A DNA stretch of 64,000 nt from Nitrososphaerota archaeon (GTDB lineage Archaea > Thermoproteota > Bathyarchaeia > Bathyarchaeales > Bathycorpusculaceae), in the NCBI GenBank assembly GCA_031256395.1, contig JAIRQQ010000086.1, forward strand, positions 37,420 to 101,419, read 5' to 3'. Within the stretch, counting starts at the first letter, position 1, and the number at the start of each line of letters is the position of its first letter. Shown piece after piece: positions 19,436-29,706 of this stretch. The position numbers were made by a program, and so were the translations under genes. The notes below the pieces were generated by a model. It saw only the letters and a program-made list of their open reading frames with translations. It was not told the DNA's origin and ran no database searches.

Positions 19436-20878
19436 CTATCTACGTTTCCGCAAAAACAACAACAAACCCCCACAAACAACAACAGCAACAACAACAGTAA
19501 CTACAACAGCACCCATAAAAAACATCGAGAGAGGCCCATTAACAACAGAGAAAGTTATGGTTTCAGAAGCACCAATGTTTCCATATTTGTCTTCCGCAAA
19601 CACCACCACACTATGCCGCCCATAGGATAACCCCGACAAAGTAACATTACCCTCAATTGTCACGTTAGCTTGGCCATCAAGACTATAGCCCATCCACACC
19701 ACCGGATGCTTTAAACCAAACTCAAGGGGCACATTCTCAAAATCATACACACCCCCCTCCTCCAAAGACAAAACACAAACCTCAGGCGCAACCCGCCCAT
19801 AACCCAACGGAGTATACCGCTCAACCAAAGTCAACACAAGCGGAATAGGATGCAAGCTATAACCATCAAAATAAGGCAAATCAGGCCTATAACCACCAAC
19901 AATATACACTAAATCATCCACAACAACCAAAGCAAAACCCGTACGCATCACAGACAAACCAGCAACAGGCTCCCAACGCTTAGTCTCCAAATCAAAAGCC
20001 ATATTCTCATAAATAGTCCCACTAAAAATATAGCCACCTATATCACTCCACTGTGAATAGGACAGACAATAGATTTTTGGCGGAGCATAAACCCCTGAGG
20101 TGGATATGACAAAAAGCCCCTCAAGACAATAAGGACCCCCCGTTGCAGCCACAGCCCATGCATCTTTTTCAGGATCATACACTTGGACTAGGGTTGTTAC
20201 CTCACTTGTAAGATTAAAATCAGCACCATCCCAGTAGTATGGATAAACATAAGCACCAACAACATAGATTTTATCCTTATAAACAGTGGAAGCTCCTCTA
20301 AAGCCCTTAGGCATCGAGGCCCCCTGAGTCCAACTATCATTTAGGGGATCATAGATCCAATTCAGAGAACCATTCCTAGAGCCACCAAGCAAAAATATTT
20401 TCCCACCCACAACATTTGCCTGCGCCCTCTCCTGAGAAAAGGGCATAGCAGTTCTATTCTCCCAAGTGTCCAAGACAGGATTATAAACCCAATTAAACGC
20501 ACTTGACCCATCACCGCCTATGCAGTAGATTTGGTCTTCAAAAACAGCAACTGCAAAATTATTGCTAGGAGCCGGCAGTGGTGTTTTGTAGATCCAGCTG
20601 TTAGTTTCTGGATCATACATTTCATTTGTATCCATCACTTCGCGCTCAGTATGAAAAAAATGTGGACGAGTTACCACAGTACCGCCCATAGCATAGATTT
20701 TACCCTCCACCACTGCGGCACCCAACTCGCATCGCTCCTGTTGCATCGGCGCAAGCTTAACCCAAACATCCTCCTCCGGCAAAGACACAGACTCCCCCAA
20801 AACAGAAACCTCAACAAACAAACCACAAACCAACAAAAACACAAACACCACACCCAACACCAAACACACATTTCGCAT
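19436..20878 (-). CDS. Secreted Kelch-repeat protein with Ig-like domain and TM anchor
   Basis: Kelch GG/YDP/W repeats; YSLDGQ.NVTI.GN.TL.GL..G.H.VVV.A.D..GN Ig-like module; TM plus RKRR. Confidence 0.9.
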   Translation of the reverse strand: MRNVCLVLGVVFVFLLVCGLFVEVSVLGESVSLPEEDVWVKLAPMQQERCELGAAVVEGKIYAMGGTVVTRPHFFHTEREVMDTNEMYDPETNSWIYKTPLPAPSNNFAVAVFEDQIYCIGGDGSSAFNWVYNPVLDTWENRTAMPFSQERAQANVVGGKIFLLGGSRNGSLNWIYDPLNDSWTQGASMPKGFRGASTVYKDKIYVVGAYVYPYYWDGADFNLTSEVTTLVQVYDPEKDAWAVAATGGPYCLEGLFVISTSGVYAPPKIYCLSYSQWSDIGGYIFSGTIYENMAFDLETKRWEPVAGLSVMRTGFALVVVDDLVYIVGGYRPDLPYFDGYSLHPIPLVLTLVERYTPLGYGRVAPEVCVLSLEEGGVYDFENVPLEFGLKHPVVWMGYSLDGQANVTIEGNVTLSGLSYGRHSVVVFAEDKYGNIGASETITFSVVNGPLSMFFMGAVVVTVVVAVVVCGGLLLFLRKRR

Positions 20879-21325
20879 ACTACATCAACACTCCCACTTT
20901 TCGTCTCTTCTGTTGTAACCTCACCACAAACACCACTAAACCCCACACATAGCTCAACATAAAACAACCTCCACTACCACCATTTCAAAACCATCCGCCA
21001 AAAAACAGGCGTTAAATACGCTTGATTTGTTGGAACGGCGCCTTGGGGTTTTAAAGCAAACATGCATCCGTCTTCAACCTAATTCCTGTAGTGTAAGTTA
21101 TATCTTTTGTTAACGGAACATTTTTGCTTCTATCAAGTTATAACTGATATTTTTGTTGTGGGATGTTTCAAACTTTAGGAAGCAAATATGCTTTTGAACA
21201 CAACCAAAACTTCAAAAATTTCACAAAAAGACCAGTTAACTCTTGACTGGCTCTATATTTTAATCCCAAAAACCCATATTAGACAGAACCCAAAACTGAA
21301 GGTAGACCCTCTGTGAAAGATGGGT

Positions 21326-21404
21326 GGGCTCGTAGTCTAGCACGGATTAAGGCATCGGCCTCCGGAGCCGAGAATCCTGGGTTCAAATCCCAGCGGGCCC
21401 GCCA
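21326..21404 (+). tRNA. tRNA-Arg (CCG), CCA encoded, no intron
   Basis: GGGCTCG/CGGGCCC acceptor, TCGGC-CTCCGGA-GCCGA anticodon arm, CTGGG-TTCAAAT-CCCAG T arm, GCCA end. Confidence 0.97.
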
Positions 21405-21492
21405 ACATTCTCTGCCAATTCACATATTAGTAGTATGGTCAACAAATTTTTGTCTGTCACCCGATTTTGTCTGTTTCTATGTTAAAAGGTGA

Positions 21493-23832
21493 TTATTGTT
21501 GGATCTTAAAGATGACATATCGGTCGTTTGAGTAGATGAGTTGTAGGATTTTGCTGTTGATGATTTGGGTATCGAGTTGGTTTCGATCATAGACAATGAA
21601 GCCTATGTTGTTTTCGCGGATGTCGTCATTGTAGTCGCGGGTCACTACTGTAATTTCGGGCATTAGCTCGCTAAGCATACTCTCCAAGTTGTTGGGACTG
21701 AGTTGGGGGTAGCTATTTTTTGCGAGTGTTAAGATCTGATAGGAACATGCCACTGTTTGATTAACCTCGACATTGCTAAATGAATATCGGAATCGCACCG
21801 CATCGATTTGGCGGTTTGCTAAAGCCCCAATATTTCCCCACTGTGGGCGGTCGGTAAAGTTGAAGGCGTAGGCGATGTCGTTTTGGCTATCATAGAGGCC
21901 TAAATAGCCATTTTTGAGATCAGTGTTTAAAAAGCTGGCAACTGCCCAATCGGTTTGGGGATTGCCGGTTTCTTGCTTGTTTACTCTGTTGCTATCTGCA
22001 TCCCAGGGGTTAACCCAATCCATAACTTGGGGGATTTGGGCTTTATCAAAGTTGAAGCTAAGATCAAAAAACGTGCTCAAATACAGTGTAACATTAGATA
22101 CCCCGCTTATCTGAGGTGTAACTGTCCATGAGACATCTAGGGGGCAGATACTGTTTTGAGCTTGCAGGGTCTTAGTTATGGTAAAGTTTTCGTTGGAGTA
22201 AATAAAGCTGATTTTTTCATTGCCGGTTTGATTTTCAAAGGTAATTTGTTTGCTAAGGGTTGAGAGGGGCAGTTGGTGTTCATTGCCGTTTTGGGTGAAA
22301 TACAAAAAGTCCCCATTAGTTGCGCTATAAGACGCTCGGTGCCAAACGTGATCTAGAGAGACATAGCCTTCATCGGTGGTGTCTCCTTTTGCTCCATAGG
22401 CTTTTAACAAAGTTTGGGGATGCTCTATCTCATAGGAGAGCGTTAGAACGGATTCTGTGATTAGGTTTCTTTGGATAACGGGGTTGGTTTGGGCAATCAC
22501 GGGTTTATCTGAGAATTGTTGGAACCAAAATCCTGGAATCTCGGTAACTACTACGGTTTGGTTTCCGGGATAGTGGTCTCTTAGCCAGATGCCTGCTTCG
22601 TAGGCTTTTATGTCGGTGGTGGCATAGAATGTGCCGGCTTCCATTATTTTCCCATACACAACATCTGAACGAACCCCCACCGCCAAACACGTTACCACAA
22701 TCAAACCTGTGGTGGCTACTTTAACCCAGGTTTTGCGGAATTGGGCTCGATGGTTGGCATAAAAGCGTGGTATTTTTTGTGCGGCATAGGCAACTGTGAC
22801 TGCTGCAAAAATGGCCATAAACGGTGTGAGGTAGTAGATAAACCACTGGAAGGGTAGATAGAGGCCAAAGAGGTGTGATTGGGCCAGTATAAAGGGCACA
22901 ATTAGTGCAAAGAGCAGACCTATGAAATATACTGTGCGTTTGGGAGTTTTGAGTTGTTTGTAGGCAAAATATACCCCTGCGATGGTTAGAAGCGTTATAA
23001 ATCCAAAGTTGACTATAAACGCGTTTAGAGTGGTGGCGCCTATTTGGTAGGCGTAGGCTTTTTGGCTAAAAAATACATGTTCTAGCATTACGCCTAGATA
23101 GCCTATCATGGCGCCAAAATAGTAGAGGAAAAAGACTATGCCTCCTCCAAGGACCAGTGCGGCTATGACTTTTAGGTAGGCGCCTCGGGTTTTGCCTTTG
23201 GATTTTTTGAGCATATAGAGTAGCACTGGGATTAACACCAGTACGGCTACAAAGGTTGCGAGTTGGTGGGCCATCATGACTGAGAATGCAGCAAAGAAGG
23301 TGACCATGAGGTAGCCGAATTTTTCAATTGCTAGGGGCAAATAGATTAGCAGTAGCATCAAAAATGCTATGCCCAAGGCGGTTGTGCTGCCGCCCCATTG
23401 GTTGAGTTCAAAGACTGGAAAACAGAATAACAATAAAATTGCGGCGATGGCGCCGGTTTTTTTGCTAAAGACTCGAGAGGTGAGCAGATAGACTGACATG
23501 ATCATAAGCCAGTCAACAATAACTGCTAGGATCTTGACTAGAAAGATGAGTTGTCCGATGTCGCTTGCACCGCTTAGCGATATGAACATAGCCAAAACAA
23601 TTTGATAGAGCGGGGGAGTCCAGCCTAGGTTGCCTAAGGGGATTTGTCCGGTGTTTAGAAATATGCGTGCTTTCTCAAGATGTACTGATGGATCATTACC
23701 CAAAATTACTCCATTCATCGATAGGATGGAGTAGAAGAGAATTATAATAACCGCTGAGAAAACTGTTATGAATGCCAGTTCAAGTTTCTTTTTATCGTTT
23801 AGCAGGGTTTGTATTGCGGCGGTTGGGTTCAA
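21493..23832 (-). CDS. Polytopic GT-C/STT3-like membrane protein, subtype A copy 1
   Basis: About 12 TM then a soluble domain; GNDPSVH, WTPPLY, WGG, AHQL, EAGIWLRDHYP...VVV...GFWF. Confidence 0.75.
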   Translation of the reverse strand: MNPTAAIQTLLNDKKKLELAFITVFSAVIIILFYSILSMNGVILGNDPSVHLEKARIFLNTGQIPLGNLGWTPPLYQIVLAMFISLSGASDIGQLIFLVKILAVIVDWLMIMSVYLLTSRVFSKKTGAIAAILLLFCFPVFELNQWGGSTTALGIAFLMLLLIYLPLAIEKFGYLMVTFFAAFSVMMAHQLATFVAVLVLIPVLLYMLKKSKGKTRGAYLKVIAALVLGGGIVFFLYYFGAMIGYLGVMLEHVFFSQKAYAYQIGATTLNAFIVNFGFITLLTIAGVYFAYKQLKTPKRTVYFIGLLFALIVPFILAQSHLFGLYLPFQWFIYYLTPFMAIFAAVTVAYAAQKIPRFYANHRAQFRKTWVKVATTGLIVVTCLAVGVRSDVVYGKIMEAGTFYATTDIKAYEAGIWLRDHYPGNQTVVVTEIPGFWFQQFSDKPVIAQTNPVIQRNLITESVLTLSYEIEHPQTLLKAYGAKGDTTDEGYVSLDHVWHRASYSATNGDFLYFTQNGNEHQLPLSTLSKQITFENQTGNEKISFIYSNENFTITKTLQAQNSICPLDVSWTVTPQISGVSNVTLYLSTFFDLSFNFDKAQIPQVMDWVNPWDADSNRVNKQETGNPQTDWAVASFLNTDLKNGYLGLYDSQNDIAYAFNFTDRPQWGNIGALANRQIDAVRFRYSFSNVEVNQTVACSYQILTLAKNSYPQLSPNNLESMLSELMPEITVVTRDYNDDIRENNIGFIVYDRNQLDTQIINSKILQLIYSNDRYVIFKIQQ

Positions 23833-26144
23833 TCTTGGTTTGGATCCCCGTTTATTCTAAAGATTGCAACTTCTTTGTTAATAAACACAAGGCTAAAGGT
23901 TGGATCAAGACGAAACTTGGGTGTGATTTTGGCTTCTGTTGGATCACTTAGACGACAGATAACATAGGAGACGCTTCTGGCTTGCAGCTCAAAACGATAA
24001 TCAAAGATGGACAAGGCTTGGTCTTTTTCCATAGGCTCTAATGCCGTAACTAGATTATCGGTTACTATTTGGCTAAATGCTTTGTTTATGGTTGTGGGGT
24101 TGGTGTATAGGTCTGGCTTATTAGATGCCGAGTAGGCGCCTGAGAGTATTTGGATTTCTCCTTGGGGTTGATCACCCAAACAATAGCTCAGCTCTATAAC
24201 TTTCACAACCTCTGAGTCACCTATTGTGATAAGATCCACATCTTCAGGGGGGGTGGTAAAAATTAGCTGTCCAAAGGCTTTGGTACCGGTCTCCACTAGA
24301 GCAATGGTGGCTTTGTTGTTGTGGGGTACTTGAAAGCCTGTGGTTTCAACATCGATATGCACTCGATTAAAGACCACCTCTGGATGGAGGCTGGTTAGTG
24401 TTGAGGTTAAATTAGCAAATCGTGTGTTGCGATAAAGTGTTGTTGAGAGCGTATAGTCAAAGTCGGTGTTGCCGCGTACTACTGTTATTTTTGCTTGGGT
24501 TTCATCGCTTTGTATGGTCATGTCTTTTACGGGAAGTTCTGAGAGTCTAAGGGCTGGTTGAGTTTTGCCGTTGAGTTGGTATTCGATTTTTGTGTTTTCA
24601 CTATTGAAAGTAAAAAATGAATAGGTATAGTAGGTCCAGTTTTGTGCGACTAGGATTTGGGGATTGTGGCGGGCTAGATATCCGCCATCATCACGGACTT
24701 GAAGATAGCCGTTATCAATTACATAGTTGGTGTCAAGAAGCGTTCGGGCAAATGTTGCGTTATCGACTTCTCGATTAACGGTTAGGTACTGCGGATCAAC
24801 CGCGCTAAGGGTGGGTCTTTGGGCAAATCCGCTAAACCACCAGCCATACCATGCATCCGCCACAAAAACGGCATTGGGGGCGGTGTTTGTTTTGGCCCAC
24901 TGAATTGCCTCCCAACCCGGCTGGGTCATGGCCTGATAGAAATCTTGGAGTGTGTGGCCCACCTCAAGGTCAGGTGTCATAAAGATGGGTAATGCTATAA
25001 AGGAGAATAGCAAAAAGAACGCTATAAACCCTGAGTAGAGCCGTTTTGTGGTCAGGGCGGCGGTTAGGCGTTTTGGGACTTGTTGCCATTTAGTTAGGTA
25101 GGTGTTTAGAGTTTTGGCAAAAAACGCTGAACCAAAATCAATTAGCACCGCTATAAACACCAATACCGGCAGGATAAGAAAATACATAAACCGATTATAA
25201 TCAACAGGAATGCCCACTAAGTAGCTCTGAGTTAGAATCAGAGGCAGAAACACCCACATAGAGAGAAAGAACGCGGGCAAGGTGAGGGTTTTTTTGTAGA
25301 ATTTCTTAGAGAATACAAAAAAAGCAATAACCGCTCCAAAGAGCGGCAACACAATATCTAACGGTAATAGCTGAGCCGAGAGGGTGGCTCCAGCAATCTC
25401 ACTTGAACCATACTCACTTAGATAGGCTGGAATTGCCTTGATCAAAAACGGCAAAACCAAAACTGCCCCCAAAACTATCGATAGTATCCAGTAAAACACA
25501 GTTTTTCTTGTGGTTTGAAACGCTTTGGGGAAGAGCAAAATAAACAATGCCACTCCCACAGTTATGCCTCCAAACATAGCGGCACTTAGCGAATGGGTCA
25601 GAAACAGGGTGGCCGTTAAAATTGAGGTGGCAATTAGAAATGGCACTTTGGAGAAGCGGTCTTTTTGGATATAGAGATAAAATGTTAAGGGAATTAGCAT
25701 AAGGGTTACGATGTTGGGGTAGCCTGCCCAAAACAGCATCTCAAGGTCAAAGCGTGAAATCACTGCTAAAAATGCAACGATAAAAGCGGCGGGGGTGGAC
25801 CAGACTTTTTTGGTTATCAAAAATGCACATACTACGGTTAGTGCTGAGAAGAGACCCACAACCACTGCGTGTGCTATGTATTCAGGCAGGCCGGTTAGTA
25901 GTATGGTGCTTGTTGTGAAAATATGATAGCCTGGAAAAGTTAGTGAGACCCCCCCGCCTATGTGATAATAGTTGTAGAGAAAATCGGTGGGTCCTGAGCC
26001 GGTGATGGAGTAGATGACACTGTTGTGTAGTCCAATGTCTGCACCCGGCGGAAATCCCGACCAGAACAGCAAAAGCATCCGATACACAAACGCGAACACA
26101 AATATGGCAAGTACCACGATATAGTTTCTGGTCGATTGTAGCAT
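23829..26144 (-). CDS. Polytopic GT-C/STT3-like membrane protein, subtype B copy 1
   Basis: GADIGLH, FPGYH, WAGYPN, THSLS, EAIQWAKTNT..NAVFVADAWYGWW...A.RPT; 4-bp overlap with A1. Confidence 0.75.
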   Translation of the reverse strand: MLQSTRNYIVVLAIFVFAFVYRMLLLFWSGFPPGADIGLHNSVIYSITGSGPTDFLYNYYHIGGGVSLTFPGYHIFTTSTILLTGLPEYIAHAVVVGLFSALTVVCAFLITKKVWSTPAAFIVAFLAVISRFDLEMLFWAGYPNIVTLMLIPLTFYLYIQKDRFSKVPFLIATSILTATLFLTHSLSAAMFGGITVGVALFILLFPKAFQTTRKTVFYWILSIVLGAVLVLPFLIKAIPAYLSEYGSSEIAGATLSAQLLPLDIVLPLFGAVIAFFVFSKKFYKKTLTLPAFFLSMWVFLPLILTQSYLVGIPVDYNRFMYFLILPVLVFIAVLIDFGSAFFAKTLNTYLTKWQQVPKRLTAALTTKRLYSGFIAFFLLFSFIALPIFMTPDLEVGHTLQDFYQAMTQPGWEAIQWAKTNTAPNAVFVADAWYGWWFSGFAQRPTLSAVDPQYLTVNREVDNATFARTLLDTNYVIDNGYLQVRDDGGYLARHNPQILVAQNWTYYTYSFFTFNSENTKIEYQLNGKTQPALRLSELPVKDMTIQSDETQAKITVVRGNTDFDYTLSTTLYRNTRFANLTSTLTSLHPEVVFNRVHIDVETTGFQVPHNNKATIALVETGTKAFGQLIFTTPPEDVDLITIGDSEVVKVIELSYCLGDQPQGEIQILSGAYSASNKPDLYTNPTTINKAFSQIVTDNLVTALEPMEKDQALSIFDYRFELQARSVSYVICRLSDPTEAKITPKFRLDPTFSLVFINKEVAIFRINGDPNQD

Positions 26145-26244
26145 TTACTTTACCGCTTGAGATACATCGTCTGATTTGTTGTTGGTAAAAGGTTAAATAT
26201 GGATTTCGAGTATAAAAAGCCCAGAGTATACAAACAGGAAAAAG

Positions 26245-26679
26245 GTGTTTAATATGTCATGGCTTAAATCTATGATGGAAAAAGAACCACCAGAACCAGA
26301 GAATCCATTAGGTATAGTAGTTATCGGCAACATCGAACCAGACATGCATGACACAGCAAAAGAAGCAGTCCGCCGCACACTAAAACGCGCAGGCTTCAAA
26401 ACCATTGACGTCGGAAAAAGCGTTGCACCCCAAGTATTTATCGACAAAGTAAAAGAAAACAATGCAAACCTAATCGCACTCTCAGTCAACACTGTCCCAG
26501 CAAAAAACAACCTAGCAAAACTTGATGAACTCTTAAAAGCAGCAGGCCTCAAAGACAAAGTCGGCATTATCATGGGCGGCGCCGCAGTCAAGAAAGAAGA
26601 TGCAGACGAATTCGGCGCATTCTTTGGCAAAAACAAAGAAGAAGCACCAGAACTCGCAAAGAAAGCAATCAAGAAATAA
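26245..26679 (+). CDS. Stand-alone corrinoid (B12-binding) protein lacking the helical cap
   Basis: VVIGNIEPDMHDTAK (DxH), AGFKTIDVG, LIALS, IMGGA; only ~140 aa. Confidence 0.85.
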   Translation: MFNMSWLKSMMEKEPPEPENPLGIVVIGNIEPDMHDTAKEAVRRTLKRAGFKTIDVGKSVAPQVFIDKVKENNANLIALSVNTVPAKNNLAKLDELLKAAGLKDKVGIIMGGAAVKKEDADEFGAFFGKNKEEAPELAKKAIKK

Positions 26680-26696
26680 TCGTAGAAGTGACCTAG

Positions 26697-27608
26697 ATGT
26701 CATTTATATTCAATACCCCACAAAAAACATACGATATTGGGAACGCCAAAATTGGCGGTCAACCAGGCGAAAACCCAACTTTTCTGATTGCTTCAATCTT
26801 CTGGCTAGGCCAAAAGATGGTAACAGATGCCAACAAAGGTATCTTTGACCAAAAAGCAGCTGAAGACGTTATCAACATAATCCAAACCCAAAGCGATATC
26901 ACCGGCGTAAAGTTTGCACTAGACATCGTCGGCACAACCGAAACTGCATTTGAAAAATACATCGACTTTATCCCCTCACACACCGACGCCCCACTCATGC
27001 TCGACGCAATGAGTCCAAAGACCCGTATGGCTGCCGCAAACTTGGCAAAAAAGATGGGTCTAACTGACAGATGCATCTACAACTCTATCTATAAAGGCGT
27101 AACCGAAGCAGAACTTGCAAACCTCAAAGAAAGCGGCATCAAAATGTCCATTGTTCTAGCAGACGATCCAAAAGACACAACCCTTGAAGGCAAAATGAAC
27201 GTTCTAGTCGAAGCACTAGCTATGGCTGATAGAGCCGGTATTACAAAACCACTCGTCGACACAGCAGTTCCCGCATTCGAACCAGACATGGGTTCATCTG
27301 TACGCGCCATACCAATCATGAAAGAAAAGTATGGTCACCCTGTAGGTCTAGGAAGCGGTAACCTTGTCACAACCATGGGCTGGGTTAAATCAAGCTTTGA
27401 AAAAGAATTCCGCAAAGGTACCGTCTGTTCAACCAACACCATCATGCAAATGGCAGGCGCCAACTGGCTCATGACCGGACCAATCGAGCAAGCACAATGG
27501 GTCTTCCCAGCAGTAGCAATCACTGACACATACCTCGCATCCATCGGCGCAGAACTAGGCACAAGACCAACCGACGAAACCCACCCGATCTACAAAGCTT
27601 TCATGTAA
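26697..27608 (+). CDS. mtrH: MtrH/MtgA-family methyl-pterin:corrinoid methyltransferase
   Basis: F...QKTYDIG..KIGGQPGENPT.L..SIF..GQK.V.D...GIFD; IYNSI; KEKYGHP.G.G. Confidence 0.9.
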   Translation: MSFIFNTPQKTYDIGNAKIGGQPGENPTFLIASIFWLGQKMVTDANKGIFDQKAAEDVINIIQTQSDITGVKFALDIVGTTETAFEKYIDFIPSHTDAPLMLDAMSPKTRMAAANLAKKMGLTDRCIYNSIYKGVTEAELANLKESGIKMSIVLADDPKDTTLEGKMNVLVEALAMADRAGITKPLVDTAVPAFEPDMGSSVRAIPIMKEKYGHPVGLGSGNLVTTMGWVKSSFEKEFRKGTVCSTNTIMQMAGANWLMTGPIEQAQWVFPAVAITDTYLASIGAELGTRPTDETHPIYKAFM

Positions 27609-27650
27609 AATTCCCTTCCTACTCTTTTTATTTTTTTTAGAGTATTTAAC

Positions 27651-28043
27651 TTGAAACCCCTCAAATGGCTCGCAATAATTCTCATCTTCACAGCCCTAAC
27701 CCTGCTTGTAACCTACCTCCTCCCAGTTCCAAACGACGTAGAATTCTCCTACAACCTCATCCCACGCTACATCTTTAGCTTCACATTCATCGCATTCATA
27801 CCCGGCTACTGCCTAGTCAACATACTATTCACCGGCAAAAACAAACTCGATTTCATCGAAGAACTCGTCCTCTCAGTCGCTCTGAGCTTTGGCTTAACAG
27901 GGTTATTGGGATTGTTCTTAGGCCTCTCCCCCATAGGCATCAACTTTACCTCCGTAACAGTTTCACTAAGCCTAATGGTGCTGGTCCTTGCAGTTATCGC
28001 CTATATTCGAAAACTACGAGAGACGGATGCGCAAAGCGCGTAA
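27651..28043 (+). CDS. DUF1616-like 4-TM membrane protein
   Basis: FIPGY.L..ILF......D.IE.LVLSVALS..L..L.GL.L. Confidence 0.75.
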   Translation: MKPLKWLAIILIFTALTLLVTYLLPVPNDVEFSYNLIPRYIFSFTFIAFIPGYCLVNILFTGKNKLDFIEELVLSVALSFGLTGLLGLFLGLSPIGINFTSVTVSLSLMVLVLAVIAYIRKLRETDAQSA

Positions 28044-29396
28044 CAAATATGCCCCCGATGTTTTCACAGCTGATCGCCCATAGGTTCCGCCCTTACGCAT
28101 CATATGTAGCACATAGCCAGGTCGCAGGTAAAACTGCTGATAGGCCTTATAGCGCAATTGCGCCAACTTTTCCATACTCATCGTAGGCGTCTCAAAGATG
28201 GGCCCTGCAGTGTCATATTTATCAAAATCCGTCACACGTAGCCAGCCATTTTTAACAACTTGATCATACATAGGTGTCCCTGGATAGGGTGTGGCTAAAT
28301 AGAAACCCACATCCTCTGGATTTAGTTGTTGCACAAAACGAATTGTTTGCTTAGCCGTCTGCTCAGTCTCTCCTGGAAAACCCAAAACCACATTAGCAAT
28401 AGTCATCAACCCCACATCATGAGCAGTTTTGTAGGCTTGACGGGTTTGTTCTAATTTTATACTCTTATTCATAGCACTCAAAACTGCCTCAGAACCCGAC
28501 TCCACACCCATCCAAACAGCGATGCATCCTGCATCTTTCATGGTCTTTAACAGTTCCCGATCCACCATGTCCACGCGGGTGCCGCAGTCCCAAATCAATT
28601 TAAGATTACGACTATGAAGCTCTTTGCAGATCTGAAGCACACGCTCCCGATCCACACTAAAAGCATCATCATAGAAAGTAACTTGATCTACACCATAGGT
28701 TTGGTGCACAAACTCCATTTCATCCACAACATTTTTCGCACTACGCATACGATACCCACGGCCAAACATGCGCACCGTGCTACAAAAATCACACCAATAA
28801 ACACACCCACGACTGCTAACCAAGGGAATGAGCAGTTTGCCGTTATGTTTGAGATTATCAAGCGGCATCAAATGATGAGCTGGAAAGGGAATACTGTCAA
28901 GATCTTTAATGTAGGGCCGATCAGGGGTACGGCAAATCTTATCACCCTCACGATAAGTAATGCCCAACACACCCGATAGGTTTTGATGACTTTCTAGTTT
29001 TTCTGCCAAATCAACCAAAGTCTCCTCACCCTCGCCACGCACAATAAGATCAACCGCAGGGAATTCTCTTAGGGTATTTTCATCCCAAAACGTGCCATGG
29101 CTCCCCCCGACTGCAGTGATGGCACTTGGCTGGGCCTCTTTGGCGATGGTTAGAATCTGCATGGCTGATTTGTAGAGCAGGGTAGTGGCAGTTGCACCGA
29201 TAAAATCAGAGGGCGTTTGTAAAATCCGATCCCGAAAAGTGTCATAGCTGAGCTTTTCGGCTTGACAGTCAATAATTTTGACTTGGTGACCTGCTCTCTC
29301 AGCAACAGCGGCTAGATATCCAAGACCCAACGGTATAAACGGCGGATGAGAATGCACACTGGGCGGATATGGCGGATTGACTAAGGTTATCTTCAT
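28014..29396 (-). CDS. B12-binding radical SAM protein (paralog 1)
   Basis: LVNPPYP...PLGLGYL, GGSH.T, SSRGCVYWCDFC, YDDAF, GVESG, GFPGET. Confidence 0.93.
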   Translation of the reverse strand: MKITLVNPPYPPSVHSHPPFIPLGLGYLAAVAERAGHQVKIIDCQAEKLSYDTFRDRILQTPSDFIGATATTLLYKSAMQILTIAKEAQPSAITAVGGSHGTFWDENTLREFPAVDLIVRGEGEETLVDLAEKLESHQNLSGVLGITYREGDKICRTPDRPYIKDLDSIPFPAHHLMPLDNLKHNGKLLIPLVSSRGCVYWCDFCSTVRMFGRGYRMRSAKNVVDEMEFVHQTYGVDQVTFYDDAFSVDRERVLQICKELHSRNLKLIWDCGTRVDMVDRELLKTMKDAGCIAVWMGVESGSEAVLSAMNKSIKLEQTRQAYKTAHDVGLMTIANVVLGFPGETEQTAKQTIRFVQQLNPEDVGFYLATPYPGTPMYDQVVKNGWLRVTDFDKYDTAGPIFETPTMSMEKLAQLRYKAYQQFYLRPGYVLHMMRKGGTYGRSAVKTSGAYLLRALRIRLS

Positions 29397-29706
29397 GAGG
29401 ATTGCCTGAGGGGACTTCTAAATAATAGAAACATATAATGCTTTCTTAACCAGCCAGCACACGTAATTCACTTAGTTGATGATTTAGGGACTCACTTGAT
29501 TAAATCCACTAACAACACAATAATACAACAACAAAATTCACATATCAACCCACAAAATGTTTGAAACCGAAGAAAAAAATTGAAAATAGAAAAACAACTA
29601 CACCCCTAGCAATCTACTACTAATGCTAATATGTTCTAACTTTTTGATAGTTTGCATTTTATGATACTGTTTGTTTGGTGTTAAACGTATAGCCTTAAGC
29701 GGGTTG

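Noticed and set aside
26697-27608. Evidence for methanogenesis (Mtr complex)
   Set aside because: Only mtrH is present; stand-alone MtrH homologs are common in non-methanogens, and no mtrA-G or mcr genes are in the window.
29440-29520. C/D-box sRNA (TTGATGA seen)
   Set aside because: No properly placed CTGA D box or terminal stem.
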